Positions 9,394 through 18,052 of a DNA stretch of 53,560 nt are shown one piece after another. The translations under genes and the position numbers were made by a program. Origin of the DNA: an uncultured Pseudomonadales bacterium (GTDB lineage Bacteria; Patescibacteriota; Microgenomatia; UBA1400; CAYNMC01); contig CAYPXO010000006.1 of the NCBI GenBank assembly GCA_964414895.1, forward strand, positions 1 through 53,560, in the 5' to 3' direction. A model generated the notes under the pieces. That model had not been told where the DNA came from. It ran no database searches and was given only the letters and a program-made list of their open reading frames with translations. The number at the start of each line of letters is the position of its first letter. Position 1 is the first letter of the stretch.

Positions 9394-10809
9394 ATGAAAG
9401 TCACACAACTCCGCCAAAAGCATCCAGTCTTTTATTATCACTCTTTTGAAACTAAATTGGCCAAGGACAACCTCCATCTTTGTTTTGTCTTCCAAACAAA
9501 GCCGGATATTTTTTTCCGGCCAAAAGTGGTTATTGAAAATGTTAAACAAAGCCAAATTAATAAATTAGGAGGCACTTTTGACAATCTTGTTTTTCATTTA
9601 GGTTTGGCCGAAATTCCTTCTTATTGGAAAGCAACCTGTTCTCCACAGATTATCATCAAAGCCAGCTACTTGAACCAAGAACAAATCAAATTCTGGCAGA
9701 AACTATTAATAAAAGGTTTGGGGCAGTTTTTTTATGAGAATAAGGTTAATTTTACTAAAGAAGATTTTGTGGAAATTAAAACTTATTCTAAAAAGCAAGA
9801 CAGCTTGCCCGCCGAAGGATCTGGCGCGGAACACGGCCGAATAGGCAGAGTGGAGCAACCAGACCCGAAGGCGGGGACCCGTTGTCCACGATACCTCATT
9901 CCTCTTGGCGGCGGCAAGGACTCAATTGTTACTTTGGAAATTCTTAAAAAAGCAGGTCTAGAAACCAATCTTTTTATTCTCAACCCCACCAAAACCACTT
10001 TTAAAATTAGCAAACTGGCTGGTTATAAAAATCCCATTATTATCCGAAGGAAAATTGACCCTCAACTACTCAAATTAAATGATAAAGGCTATCTTAATGG
10101 TCATGTGCCGATTACTGCCTATATCTCTTTTCTTAGTCTTTTGCTTGCTGCTCTAAACAACTATAATAATATCGTTTTTTCCAACGAAAGAAGTGCTGAT
10201 GAAGAAAATCTTATCTGGAAAGGAGAAAAAATCAATCACCAATACTCCAAAAGTTTTCAGTTTGAAAACGACTTTCGGAACTACAGCCAAAAATACTTAA
10301 CAGAAAATATCAATTACTTTTCTTTCCTGCGGCCGCTTTACGAGCTACAAATCAGCAAACAGTTCAGCCACTACCCAAAATATTTTGAAATTTTTAGAAG
10401 CTGTAATGTTGGCCAAAAAACCAACTCTTGGTGTTGTTCTTGTCCTAAATGCTTATCTGTCTATCTTCATCTTTCTGCTTTTTTGCCAAGAGAAAGGCTA
10501 ATAGAAATTTTTGGTGTTGATCTTCTCTCCAAGAAAAAATTATTGTCACTTTTCCGAAAACTGCTAGGCATTAAAGGCAGTAAGCCCTTTGAATGCGTTG
10601 GCACTATTGAGGAAAACCAAGCGGCCGCCTATCTTATTATCCAAAAAGCTAAATCTCTACCTTTCCTATTACAAGCTGCCCAAAAATACTTAAAGAAAAT
10701 AAACTATAATCGGGCTAAAGCCAATAAAATCTTAAATTCTTGGAGCGACAATCACAATTTGCCAGAAAACCTAAAAAAAATTCTAAGAAAAAATGCTCAA
10801 AAATCTTAA
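9394..10809 (+). CDS. murL: UDP-MurNAc-L-Ala-L-Glu epimerase
   Basis: SYWKA, GGGKDS, LNGHVP, SNERSA, NHQYSKS, FRSCN, CPKC, KPFECVG; overlaps murD. Confidence 0.85.
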   Translation: MKVTQLRQKHPVFYYHSFETKLAKDNLHLCFVFQTKPDIFFRPKVVIENVKQSQINKLGGTFDNLVFHLGLAEIPSYWKATCSPQIIIKASYLNQEQIKFWQKLLIKGLGQFFYENKVNFTKEDFVEIKTYSKKQDSLPAEGSGAEHGRIGRVEQPDPKAGTRCPRYLIPLGGGKDSIVTLEILKKAGLETNLFILNPTKTTFKISKLAGYKNPIIIRRKIDPQLLKLNDKGYLNGHVPITAYISFLSLLLAALNNYNNIVFSNERSADEENLIWKGEKINHQYSKSFQFENDFRNYSQKYLTENINYFSFLRPLYELQISKQFSHYPKYFEIFRSCNVGQKTNSWCCSCPKCLSVYLHLSAFLPRERLIEIFGVDLLSKKKLLSLFRKLLGIKGSKPFECVGTIEENQAAAYLIIQKAKSLPFLLQAAQKYLKKINYNRAKANKILNSWSDNHNLPENLKKILRKNAQKS

Positions 10810-12268
10810 AAATAAAAAAATCCTTATTCTCGGTCTTGGTCGGGAAGGAATCTCTACTTACAAATTTTTGCGCTCGCTTTTCCCAAAAAAGACTCTCGGT
10901 TTGGCCGACAAAAAATCCCAAATCAGCCAAATCAAACCAACTAGACAAATTAAACTCCATCTTGGACCCAGCTACCTTAAAAGCCTAAAGGACTATAACC
11001 TTATTATTAAAACCCCCGGTATCCCTCCCTTTCCGGAAATTATAAAAGCGCAAAAAAAAGGCAAAATCACCTCACAGGTTAAACTTTTTTTTGAAAATTG
11101 TCCGGGAGTCATTATTGGCGTTACCGGCACTAAAGGAAAAAGCACGACGACCTCACTGATTTATCAAGTTTTAAAATCTGCCGGTTTGCCCGCCTATCTG
11201 GCGGGCAATATTGGCAAACCGGTTCTTCCGCTACTTAAAAAAGCCAATAAAAACACTATTTTTGTTTTTGAACTCTCTTCCCATCAATTAATGGATTTAG
11301 AAAAAAGTCCTCATATTGCCGTCCTTTTAAATCTTTATCCCGAACACCTGGATTATTATAAAAATTTCAAGCAATACGCCCAGGCCAAAGCCAACATTAC
11401 CCGCTTCCAGACAAAAAACGACTATCTTATCTACAATGTCTCTGATCCAGAAATTGTTAAAATTGCCCAAAAAACCAAAGCCCAGAAAATTCCTTTTTCT
11501 ATAGAAGAAGAGCTACAAGAGGGAATTTTTTTGAAAGATAATTTTATTATTTATAAACAACCTCATCCTATCCTAAACAGACTAAGAGAACCTCTGAAGG
11601 GGATCCTTCGCGCAGCCTGTGCGGAGCCCAGTCGAAGCGCTCAGGATGACAGTAAAGATCAAAAAGTCATTAAAACTAACCAAATCCCCCTTATGGGTAA
11701 ATTTAACCTCAATAATGTCATGCCAGCCATTGCCGTTGGAAAAATCTTTGGCATCCCTAATAAAACCATCGCTCAAGCAATCAAAACCTTCAAACCTCTC
11801 CCTCACAGACTTGAGTTAGTCGGCACTTTTAAAGGAATTACTTTTTATAATGATGCCTTATCGACTATTCCCGAAGCAACAATTGCTGCCATACAAACAT
11901 TAAATGAAAAAAATTTAAAAGTCGCTACCGCTATCCTCGGTGGCTTTGACCGCAAACTTAAGTTTGCTAAACTCGCCGAAGAAATTCTCAAGCAAAAAGT
12001 CAAGACCCTTATCCTTTTCCCGACCACTGGCCAAAAAATCTGGAAGTCTATTCAAAAAAATTTACCTTCTTACCCCTCTTCACCTTCTTTACCTTCTCAC
12101 TTCTTCGTTAACAATATGAAAGATGCCGTCAAATTGGCTTTTGAGCACACCCCCAAAGGAAAAATTTGTCTCCTCTCAACTGCTTCGTCAAGTTTTTCTA
12201 TTTTTAAAGACTATCGAGAAAAAGGAGAACTTTTTAAAAAGTATATTAAGGGAAACATATACAGATAA
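10793..12268 (+). CDS. murD: UDP-MurNAc-L-Ala--glutamate ligase (MurD/MurD2)
   Basis: GLGREG, GVTGTKGKSTT, GNIG, ELSS, EHLDY, LPHRLE, ND..ST. Confidence 0.93.
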   Translation: MLKNLKNKKILILGLGREGISTYKFLRSLFPKKTLGLADKKSQISQIKPTRQIKLHLGPSYLKSLKDYNLIIKTPGIPPFPEIIKAQKKGKITSQVKLFFENCPGVIIGVTGTKGKSTTTSLIYQVLKSAGLPAYLAGNIGKPVLPLLKKANKNTIFVFELSSHQLMDLEKSPHIAVLLNLYPEHLDYYKNFKQYAQAKANITRFQTKNDYLIYNVSDPEIVKIAQKTKAQKIPFSIEEELQEGIFLKDNFIIYKQPHPILNRLREPLKGILRAACAEPSRSAQDDSKDQKVIKTNQIPLMGKFNLNNVMPAIAVGKIFGIPNKTIAQAIKTFKPLPHRLELVGTFKGITFYNDALSTIPEATIAAIQTLNEKNLKVATAILGGFDRKLKFAKLAEEILKQKVKTLILFPTTGQKIWKSIQKNLPSYPSSPSLPSHFFVNNMKDAVKLAFEHTPKGKICLLSTASSSFSIFKDYREKGELFKKYIKGNIYR

Positions 12269-12335
12269 GCTTTATTTTTATAGATTCCGGATCAGATCCG
12301 GAATGACAGAAGTGGAATTTCCTAACTTAACTTAT

Positions 12336-13421
12336 TTAAGTATCTCCTTTTTCACAACCAACTATTTTGGGCGCCTTGGATTTTTTTATAAATTGATAAG
12401 CAGAAGCAGCTGCTATTGCTCCTTGGGCCATGGCTGTTATTACTTGCTGCATTATTTTTGAAGCAGTAGTGATATCACCGGCAGCAAAAAGCCCTTTGAT
12501 ATTAGTTTCCATTCCCTCAGAAACAACTATATAATTGCTCTCATCCAGCTCTACTCCCAAAGAGCGAACCAAATCTGCTCCCGGCACGCCACCTATTTCT
12601 ATAAAAACCCCATCAACCCTAAGAATACTATTACCTTTATAAGCCCTGTCCAATTCCACAGCCGCAACTTGATCTTGCTGTCTATTTTTTAATTGCTCTA
12701 TTGCTATATTGTTATATTGTTTTTTTTCTTCTTCTAATTTCCTAATTTCAGCCGCCTCAGGCGCAGCGTAATTTCTCAATTCCTCAATTTCTCGAGATCC
12801 CAATATCTTTACTATATTCGTGTTGTAAATCGCCTCTCCTTTTCCCTGAGAAACCAAGTCTTCCCACTGCCGAATCCAAAAAGGCTCGGCCCGTAATTGA
12901 CCTTTTCTGTAAATTAAATAAATCTTTTTGACAAATTGGCTTAAATGAACCGCCCCGGAACAAGCGGCATCCGAACCGCCAATTAAAGCAACTGTCTTGT
13001 CTTTAAAAAAAGGAGCGTCACAAGTGGTACAATAAGAAACCCCTTTACCTGTCAGCTCCTTTTCTCCGGGAATATCCAGCTTTCTTCTTTCGGTGCCGGC
13101 AGCGACAATAACTACTCTTGCTTTATATTCCTTCTCCGAGTCGGTAAATACTCGAAAATGATCTTCCTGTTTTTCTATCTTATCAACCGGGTCATAAACA
13201 ACCTCTCCTCCTAAACTCTTAACATGCTCCTCAATTTTGGTCATCAGATCCAACCCAGAAAGTCCCAAAAGGCCGGGATAATTATCCACCCGGTGGGCAT
13301 AACCAATCGTTCCTCCAAAGTTCTTCCCTAAAACTAAACTCTTCATTCCATATCTGGAAGCGTAAATAGAAGCGGCGCAACCGGCCGGCCCAGAACCGAT
13401 GATGATAAGATCGTAAGTCAT
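12336..13421 (-). CDS. trxB: Thioredoxin reductase
   Basis: GSGPAG, GKGVSYCTTCD, GLFAAGD; follows thioredoxin. Confidence 0.92.
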   Translation of the reverse strand: MTYDLIIIGSGPAGCAASIYASRYGMKSLVLGKNFGGTIGYAHRVDNYPGLLGLSGLDLMTKIEEHVKSLGGEVVYDPVDKIEKQEDHFRVFTDSEKEYKARVVIVAAGTERRKLDIPGEKELTGKGVSYCTTCDAPFFKDKTVALIGGSDAACSGAVHLSQFVKKIYLIYRKGQLRAEPFWIRQWEDLVSQGKGEAIYNTNIVKILGSREIEELRNYAAPEAAEIRKLEEEKKQYNNIAIEQLKNRQQDQVAAVELDRAYKGNSILRVDGVFIEIGGVPGADLVRSLGVELDESNYIVVSEGMETNIKGLFAAGDITTASKIMQQVITAMAQGAIAAASAYQFIKKSKAPKIVGCEKGDT

Positions 13422-13732
13422 AGTTGCTTCTCCAGCATCTCCCGATACCCTTCCTCACCAACAAACCCCGCTGTTCTATCCGTCTCTTTTCCATCTTTTA
13501 AAACAACCACTGTGGGAATACTCATCACGCCAAACTTTTGGGCCAACTCCGCCTCCTCATCAACATTAACCTTTCCTATCAAAGCTTTGCCCTTATATTC
13601 CCCGGCCAGTTTGTCAATCACTGGCCCGGCCATTCGGCAAGGGCCGCACCAAACAGCCCAAAAATCAACTAAAGAAACTCCTTTTGCTGTTTCTTCTTCA
13701 AAATTATCTTTTGTTAAATGAACGGCAGACAT
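13418..13732 (-). CDS. trxA: Thioredoxin
   Basis: DFWAVWCGPC and SIPT. Confidence 0.96.
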   Translation of the reverse strand: MSAVHLTKDNFEEETAKGVSLVDFWAVWCGPCRMAGPVIDKLAGEYKGKALIGKVNVDEEAELAQKFGVMSIPTVVVLKDGKETDRTAGFVGEEGYREMLEKQL

Positions 13733-13828
13733 AAAAACCTCCTTTCTAATTTTCTAAATTAGTATATCTTTTTCTCCACTTGACATCAAGCGAAGATCTT
13801 TCTAAGATACTCTCTTACAAGGAGAAAA

Positions 13829-14113
13829 ATGGCAGGCAAAAAAATTCTCTTATTTTTATTTCTACTCGCTTTTCTTTTGGCCAGCTGCACAAATAAACTG
13901 CCAGGCATTGAACCTAATAAAACTGAGGCGCCAGCCGAAAAACAAACAGATTGGGAGAGTGGCTGGGAATGGGAAGAAGAAATCTCTCCGGACCAAGAAA
14001 GCACACCAGGGGCAAGTAAAGAAGAAGAGCAAAGCCTTGAAGACCTTACCCTGGAACAACTAGAAGAAAAACTCCAAAAAAGCGAAGAGGAAGTCGACCA
14101 AGAGTCATGGTGA
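13829..14113 (+). CDS. Small acidic lipoprotein
   Basis: Signal peptide with LASC lipobox. Confidence 0.7.
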   Translation: MAGKKILLFLFLLAFLLASCTNKLPGIEPNKTEAPAEKQTDWESGWEWEEEISPDQESTPGASKEEEQSLEDLTLEQLEEKLQKSEEEVDQESW

Positions 14114-15421
14114 AGGGATTGGCGGCAGCGAAGGAACACCATATTCTTCAAGTAATTTATCAATGTCTGTTGTTGTCTGCTCGCTGGTTTCCATTGTTGT
14201 CTCTTGAAACTTCTCATTAAGTTTCTGCTGAACTCTTACCAGCTCAAGTTTTTCTTCAGTCTCAATATCAGCTGCGCTCATTCTCTCAGTAATATAGTCT
14301 AAAACTTTCTCAAACCTATCTACCAGACAATCCAAATATTCTGCTTCATTATCGGATAGACAGCCGGAGGACTGGGCCAAATCCTCGGCATTTTCTCCCA
14401 GCTTTTCAAAAACATCGTCAAACTCCTCGGCTGTGTGGACATCAAAATACTGCCCGCCAGTTACCTGAGCAATACAAGAAAGTTGAGTTCTCGCCGTTTC
14501 ATCAACATCAAAACCAACCACATCAATAATCGGGTTTATTCCTGTCTGCTTTAATTGTTTGGCAACACTACAAGGATCACCACCACAAGTTTCAATCCCG
14601 TCGGAAACCAAAACAAGGCGGTTAACCTCTTCTTCTTTGCCGCTAAACTCAGCTTGAGTTTTGTCAAAAGAGTCGGCAATCGGCGTCCAGCCGGTCGGCT
14701 CAAAAGAATCAATTTTTAGTTTAAAATCCTCTTTGTCAACCTTGCCCAAAGGATACAGAGTCTCAATTCCGGCACAGCTAACAGCCTTACCAGACGCCGT
14801 GTTGTTTCCTTTATGCCCATAAACCATCAGGCCGGAATTTATCTTCACCGAAAGGCCATCAATATAGCGCTTCATAGCCTTTTTGGCAATATCAATCTTT
14901 CTACCACCGGTTACCTGACCGGCCATACTGCCAGAAGAGTCAAAAATAAAAAAGATGTTGACCGGTTTTGGTTTAACCCCGGCCGTTTTGCCACAACCAA
15001 CTTCCAAAGCACAATCATCAATCGTGGGATCTGTGCCTACTTTTCCTTCGATAAAATCAGGAATACTGTCCGCGTCAGAATCTTTTTCGTATTTGGAAAC
15101 GGTTGTCGTTGCTGGCGGCTTTCCTTCTTGTGCTTCTGCTTCTGTTTTCTCTTCCTCAACTTGCTTTTGAGGACTGGCAATTTCTTCTTTTTTCTCGCTG
15201 GGAAGTGTCAGTGAAGCAAAAGGGCCAATCTTTTTAAAATAAGCAAAAGCGGCTCCACCAACCAACAAGAGAAAAACTATTAAGGCAATTAAAAAAGTGG
15301 GAAATTTTGTTTTTTTGGGAGCAGCAGCTGGTTGCTGAGTTTGGGGTTGTGGAGTCACTGGCTGAGGAGTTTCTAACGAAGGAGGCTGAGACTTCTGCTG
15401 GTCAACTCTTTCCTGTTCCAT
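14105..15421 (-). CDS. Membrane-anchored VWA-domain protein
   Basis: N-terminal TM helix; MIDAS DSSGS, TPIA, SDGIETCGGDPC. Confidence 0.88.
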   Translation of the reverse strand: MEQERVDQQKSQPPSLETPQPVTPQPQTQQPAAAPKKTKFPTFLIALIVFLLLVGGAAFAYFKKIGPFASLTLPSEKKEEIASPQKQVEEEKTEAEAQEGKPPATTTVSKYEKDSDADSIPDFIEGKVGTDPTIDDCALEVGCGKTAGVKPKPVNIFFIFDSSGSMAGQVTGGRKIDIAKKAMKRYIDGLSVKINSGLMVYGHKGNNTASGKAVSCAGIETLYPLGKVDKEDFKLKIDSFEPTGWTPIADSFDKTQAEFSGKEEEVNRLVLVSDGIETCGGDPCSVAKQLKQTGINPIIDVVGFDVDETARTQLSCIAQVTGGQYFDVHTAEEFDDVFEKLGENAEDLAQSSGCLSDNEAEYLDCLVDRFEKVLDYITERMSAADIETEEKLELVRVQQKLNEKFQETTMETSEQTTTDIDKLLEEYGVPSLPPIPSP

Positions 15422-15477
15422 CTTAATCTAAGAGTAGAGTATTTTCCAAAAGCTGTCAACAGTAAAACTACCACTTT

Positions 15478-15657
15478 GTAGCTATTCAGTTTTCCCCAAT
15501 GAGATTTTGTCATTGCGAGTCTGCCAACAGGCAGACGAAGCAATCTCTCAGACCTACCTGCCTGTCCGTCCGGCAGGCGGGCCGGCAGGCAGGGATCGCC
15601 ACGGCTACTTCGTAGCCTCGCGATGACAGAGGTGGCTGGAAAGAACTGAATAGTTAC
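15478..15657. mobile_element. Nested palindromic MITE-like element
   Basis: Terminal IR gtagctattcagtt/aactgaatagttac, inner gtcattgcgag/ctcgcgatgac, innermost CCTGCC palindrome. Confidence 0.75.
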
Positions 15658-15748
15658 ACCACCTTCTTTATGGCTTTTACTCCAGTTGTGCTATAATTTC
15701 CTCTGATTTAAAAATTTCTTTACAAATTCCTACCCGGTTTTTTATTTT

Positions 15749-17200
15749 ATGAGTTCTCAAGAAATCCTACCTAAGACAGTCCTAAAAGACCCTGAAGTCC
15801 ATAGACAGTGTTGCTCTTTCCCTCTATCAGAAACTAATCCTATCACTTCCCAAAGTCACCCAATAACCTTTGAGTTGCTTAGACAAACAGGAAGTGAAAG
15901 AAACATGCAGACAGTTGTTCCTTTAGACGAAACTGGTGAAAATTATCCTTCAATCCCCTTTGCTCTAGAGTTAGCTGTTCTTCTTGATGAAAATGAGTCT
16001 CCTTTGGCTGCTGAGGCTACCCAAGAGGAAAACCTTGCCTATCTCCGAGAACAAGCTGGTGAACAACTAACGACCAGAGAACAACTGCCCGACTTTCCCT
16101 TCAAAGTCCAAATGTTTGCCAGATTAGCGGAAGCTGGTTTGGCCGATCCGGAAACACGCTGTTTTCCCTTAACTGATATTCTTTCTATTGCCGCCCGAGT
16201 CACTCACCTTTTAAAAGAAGGAAGAACTGTCTGGATCTCGACTGCCAGAGTAGATGATGCCACCTACGCCGCTATACCCATAAATCCAGATGCTCCACGA
16301 TATGAACCCCAATACCCTCACCAAGTTGCCGCTTTTTATAAAAAGCTAGCTGAAAGCTCTCCACGAGATAGGCCCACAACCCCAACAGATTTTGATTTGT
16401 CAACCAAAACCTCTCCTCTTTTTACAGGAATCAACTCGCTTCCTCAGTTTTTTCTGCAAACTCTACCAGACTTGCTTGCTCTTTGTCACCAAGAGCCAAC
16501 CACTTTTTGCAAAATCTTTCCCCAGGATGACAAAACTTTGTCTATCGCCGCCGCTTCAATTGACCTGCAAGGCAACCCGAACGATCCTGGCAATCTTGCT
16601 CCTTCTATCTTTTTTGAAATGGCAAGTGGTGCTCATACTTCAAGAGGTCAAGAAATGGATATCCATGCCCAAACCCACCTTTGCCCTTTTCCTGTAATTA
16701 TCGGCAACGAGGAATCAAGCCAAACGTTAGCTAGCGTTTTTTCCCAGCCAATGGACAACGGTGAACCCCTCGCTCCTCGCTTAATAAAACTTCTTAAATC
16801 TCTACCTTCTCCAGCCATCGTCTTAGAGTTTATGATAAACATTAAAAGCCAATTGGCTTTTTGTACTGATATCATTCCCATTACTTTAAAAGAACTGCAA
16901 GGGTGGGAGGCCCATCAGCTTAACAACCTCATCAATAGCCTGACCGGAGCTAGATTCGTCGATTCCCAACAACATCCCAGTGTTCTTGAAAAATTAGGAA
17001 GATACCAAAACTTTAAGACTCTTGCCAGAGAAGCTGAATGGGGAAACTTCCTGCCCGCTTCTCCCAGACTAGAACCTCTCCCATTCTCAGGACGTCCAGA
17101 CTGGAAAACAACAATCAAAATCTCTGAAAAATATAAAGAAACTCCAATCTACACAGACAACTCTCGCGCTGCTGACTTATGGCCTGATTTGTTTTCTTAA
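15749..17200 (+). CDS. Hypothetical protein
   Basis: 483 aa ORF, upstream TATAAT, no recognised motif. Confidence 0.7.
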   Translation: MSSQEILPKTVLKDPEVHRQCCSFPLSETNPITSQSHPITFELLRQTGSERNMQTVVPLDETGENYPSIPFALELAVLLDENESPLAAEATQEENLAYLREQAGEQLTTREQLPDFPFKVQMFARLAEAGLADPETRCFPLTDILSIAARVTHLLKEGRTVWISTARVDDATYAAIPINPDAPRYEPQYPHQVAAFYKKLAESSPRDRPTTPTDFDLSTKTSPLFTGINSLPQFFLQTLPDLLALCHQEPTTFCKIFPQDDKTLSIAAASIDLQGNPNDPGNLAPSIFFEMASGAHTSRGQEMDIHAQTHLCPFPVIIGNEESSQTLASVFSQPMDNGEPLAPRLIKLLKSLPSPAIVLEFMINIKSQLAFCTDIIPITLKELQGWEAHQLNNLINSLTGARFVDSQQHPSVLEKLGRYQNFKTLAREAEWGNFLPASPRLEPLPFSGRPDWKTTIKISEKYKETPIYTDNSRAADLWPDLFS

Positions 17201-17953
17201 ATGTCTCCAAAAATAGAAACTGAGTCTATTTGTACAGAATGTACCGAAAACCACATTCGCCTTAATCAGGCTCCCATCTGCTGCTCTGTAGGACGAGTCG
17301 CTCTAAACCCTGGCGAAGCAGAAAGAGTAAGTCTTCCTTCACAAACAACCTCAATCTCTATAGAAGGAGGCTGTCAGCTTTGGAATACCAAAGACAGAGG
17401 TTGTAGTGTTTTTCCTGATCGTCCTCAAAGTTGTAGACGTTTTCCGAGCATTGAATCTTATACACAACTTCTTTTTAATGCAGTTGGTATTTATAAAAAT
17501 TGCCCACTTATACAATTTCTCCTTGCTCTCTGGGAAAGAAGAATTGAAGCCGATGCTGCAATCATTCATTCTGATGAAAACATCAATAATGTTCCTCTTT
17601 TTGACAAAGACCAATTGAACTTAGTTGCCAACTTTCTTCATTGGTATAATAATCCTCCTCAAGAAGCTAGGCAATTATTGGAAAAAGCCAAAGAAGCACA
17701 TTTTCAAACAGAAAAAAAAGAGCCAGTTGTTACTTTATTTTTTATAGATCAATTAGACGGGGGCATCCATCCCACTAAACCTTTTACCCTATCGGAAATC
17801 GAGCAGTTAGAATACCAAGAAGGTTATCCAATCCTTGCTGGTCTTGTCTATCCTTCTATAAAAAATCTCCCTCCAGGATGGCTTACTAAACCTCTCTCTG
17901 TTGAACTTGCTCCACAAACTCCATTATCTATTAGCATCTCAGAAACGATCTAA
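17201..17953 (+). CDS. YkgJ-like cysteine-cluster protein
   Basis: CxxC...CC...GCQL...CSVFPDRPQSCRRFP. Confidence 0.7.
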   Translation: MSPKIETESICTECTENHIRLNQAPICCSVGRVALNPGEAERVSLPSQTTSISIEGGCQLWNTKDRGCSVFPDRPQSCRRFPSIESYTQLLFNAVGIYKNCPLIQFLLALWERRIEADAAIIHSDENINNVPLFDKDQLNLVANFLHWYNNPPQEARQLLEKAKEAHFQTEKKEPVVTLFFIDQLDGGIHPTKPFTLSEIEQLEYQEGYPILAGLVYPSIKNLPPGWLTKPLSVELAPQTPLSISISETI

Positions 17954-18052
17954 CCACTTATAAATCTTGGATAACCGCCCCGCGGACGCTGGGCGGTCTT
18001 TGGACTAAACAGCACCAATAACCACCAACAAACTATCTAATATACAACTTAA

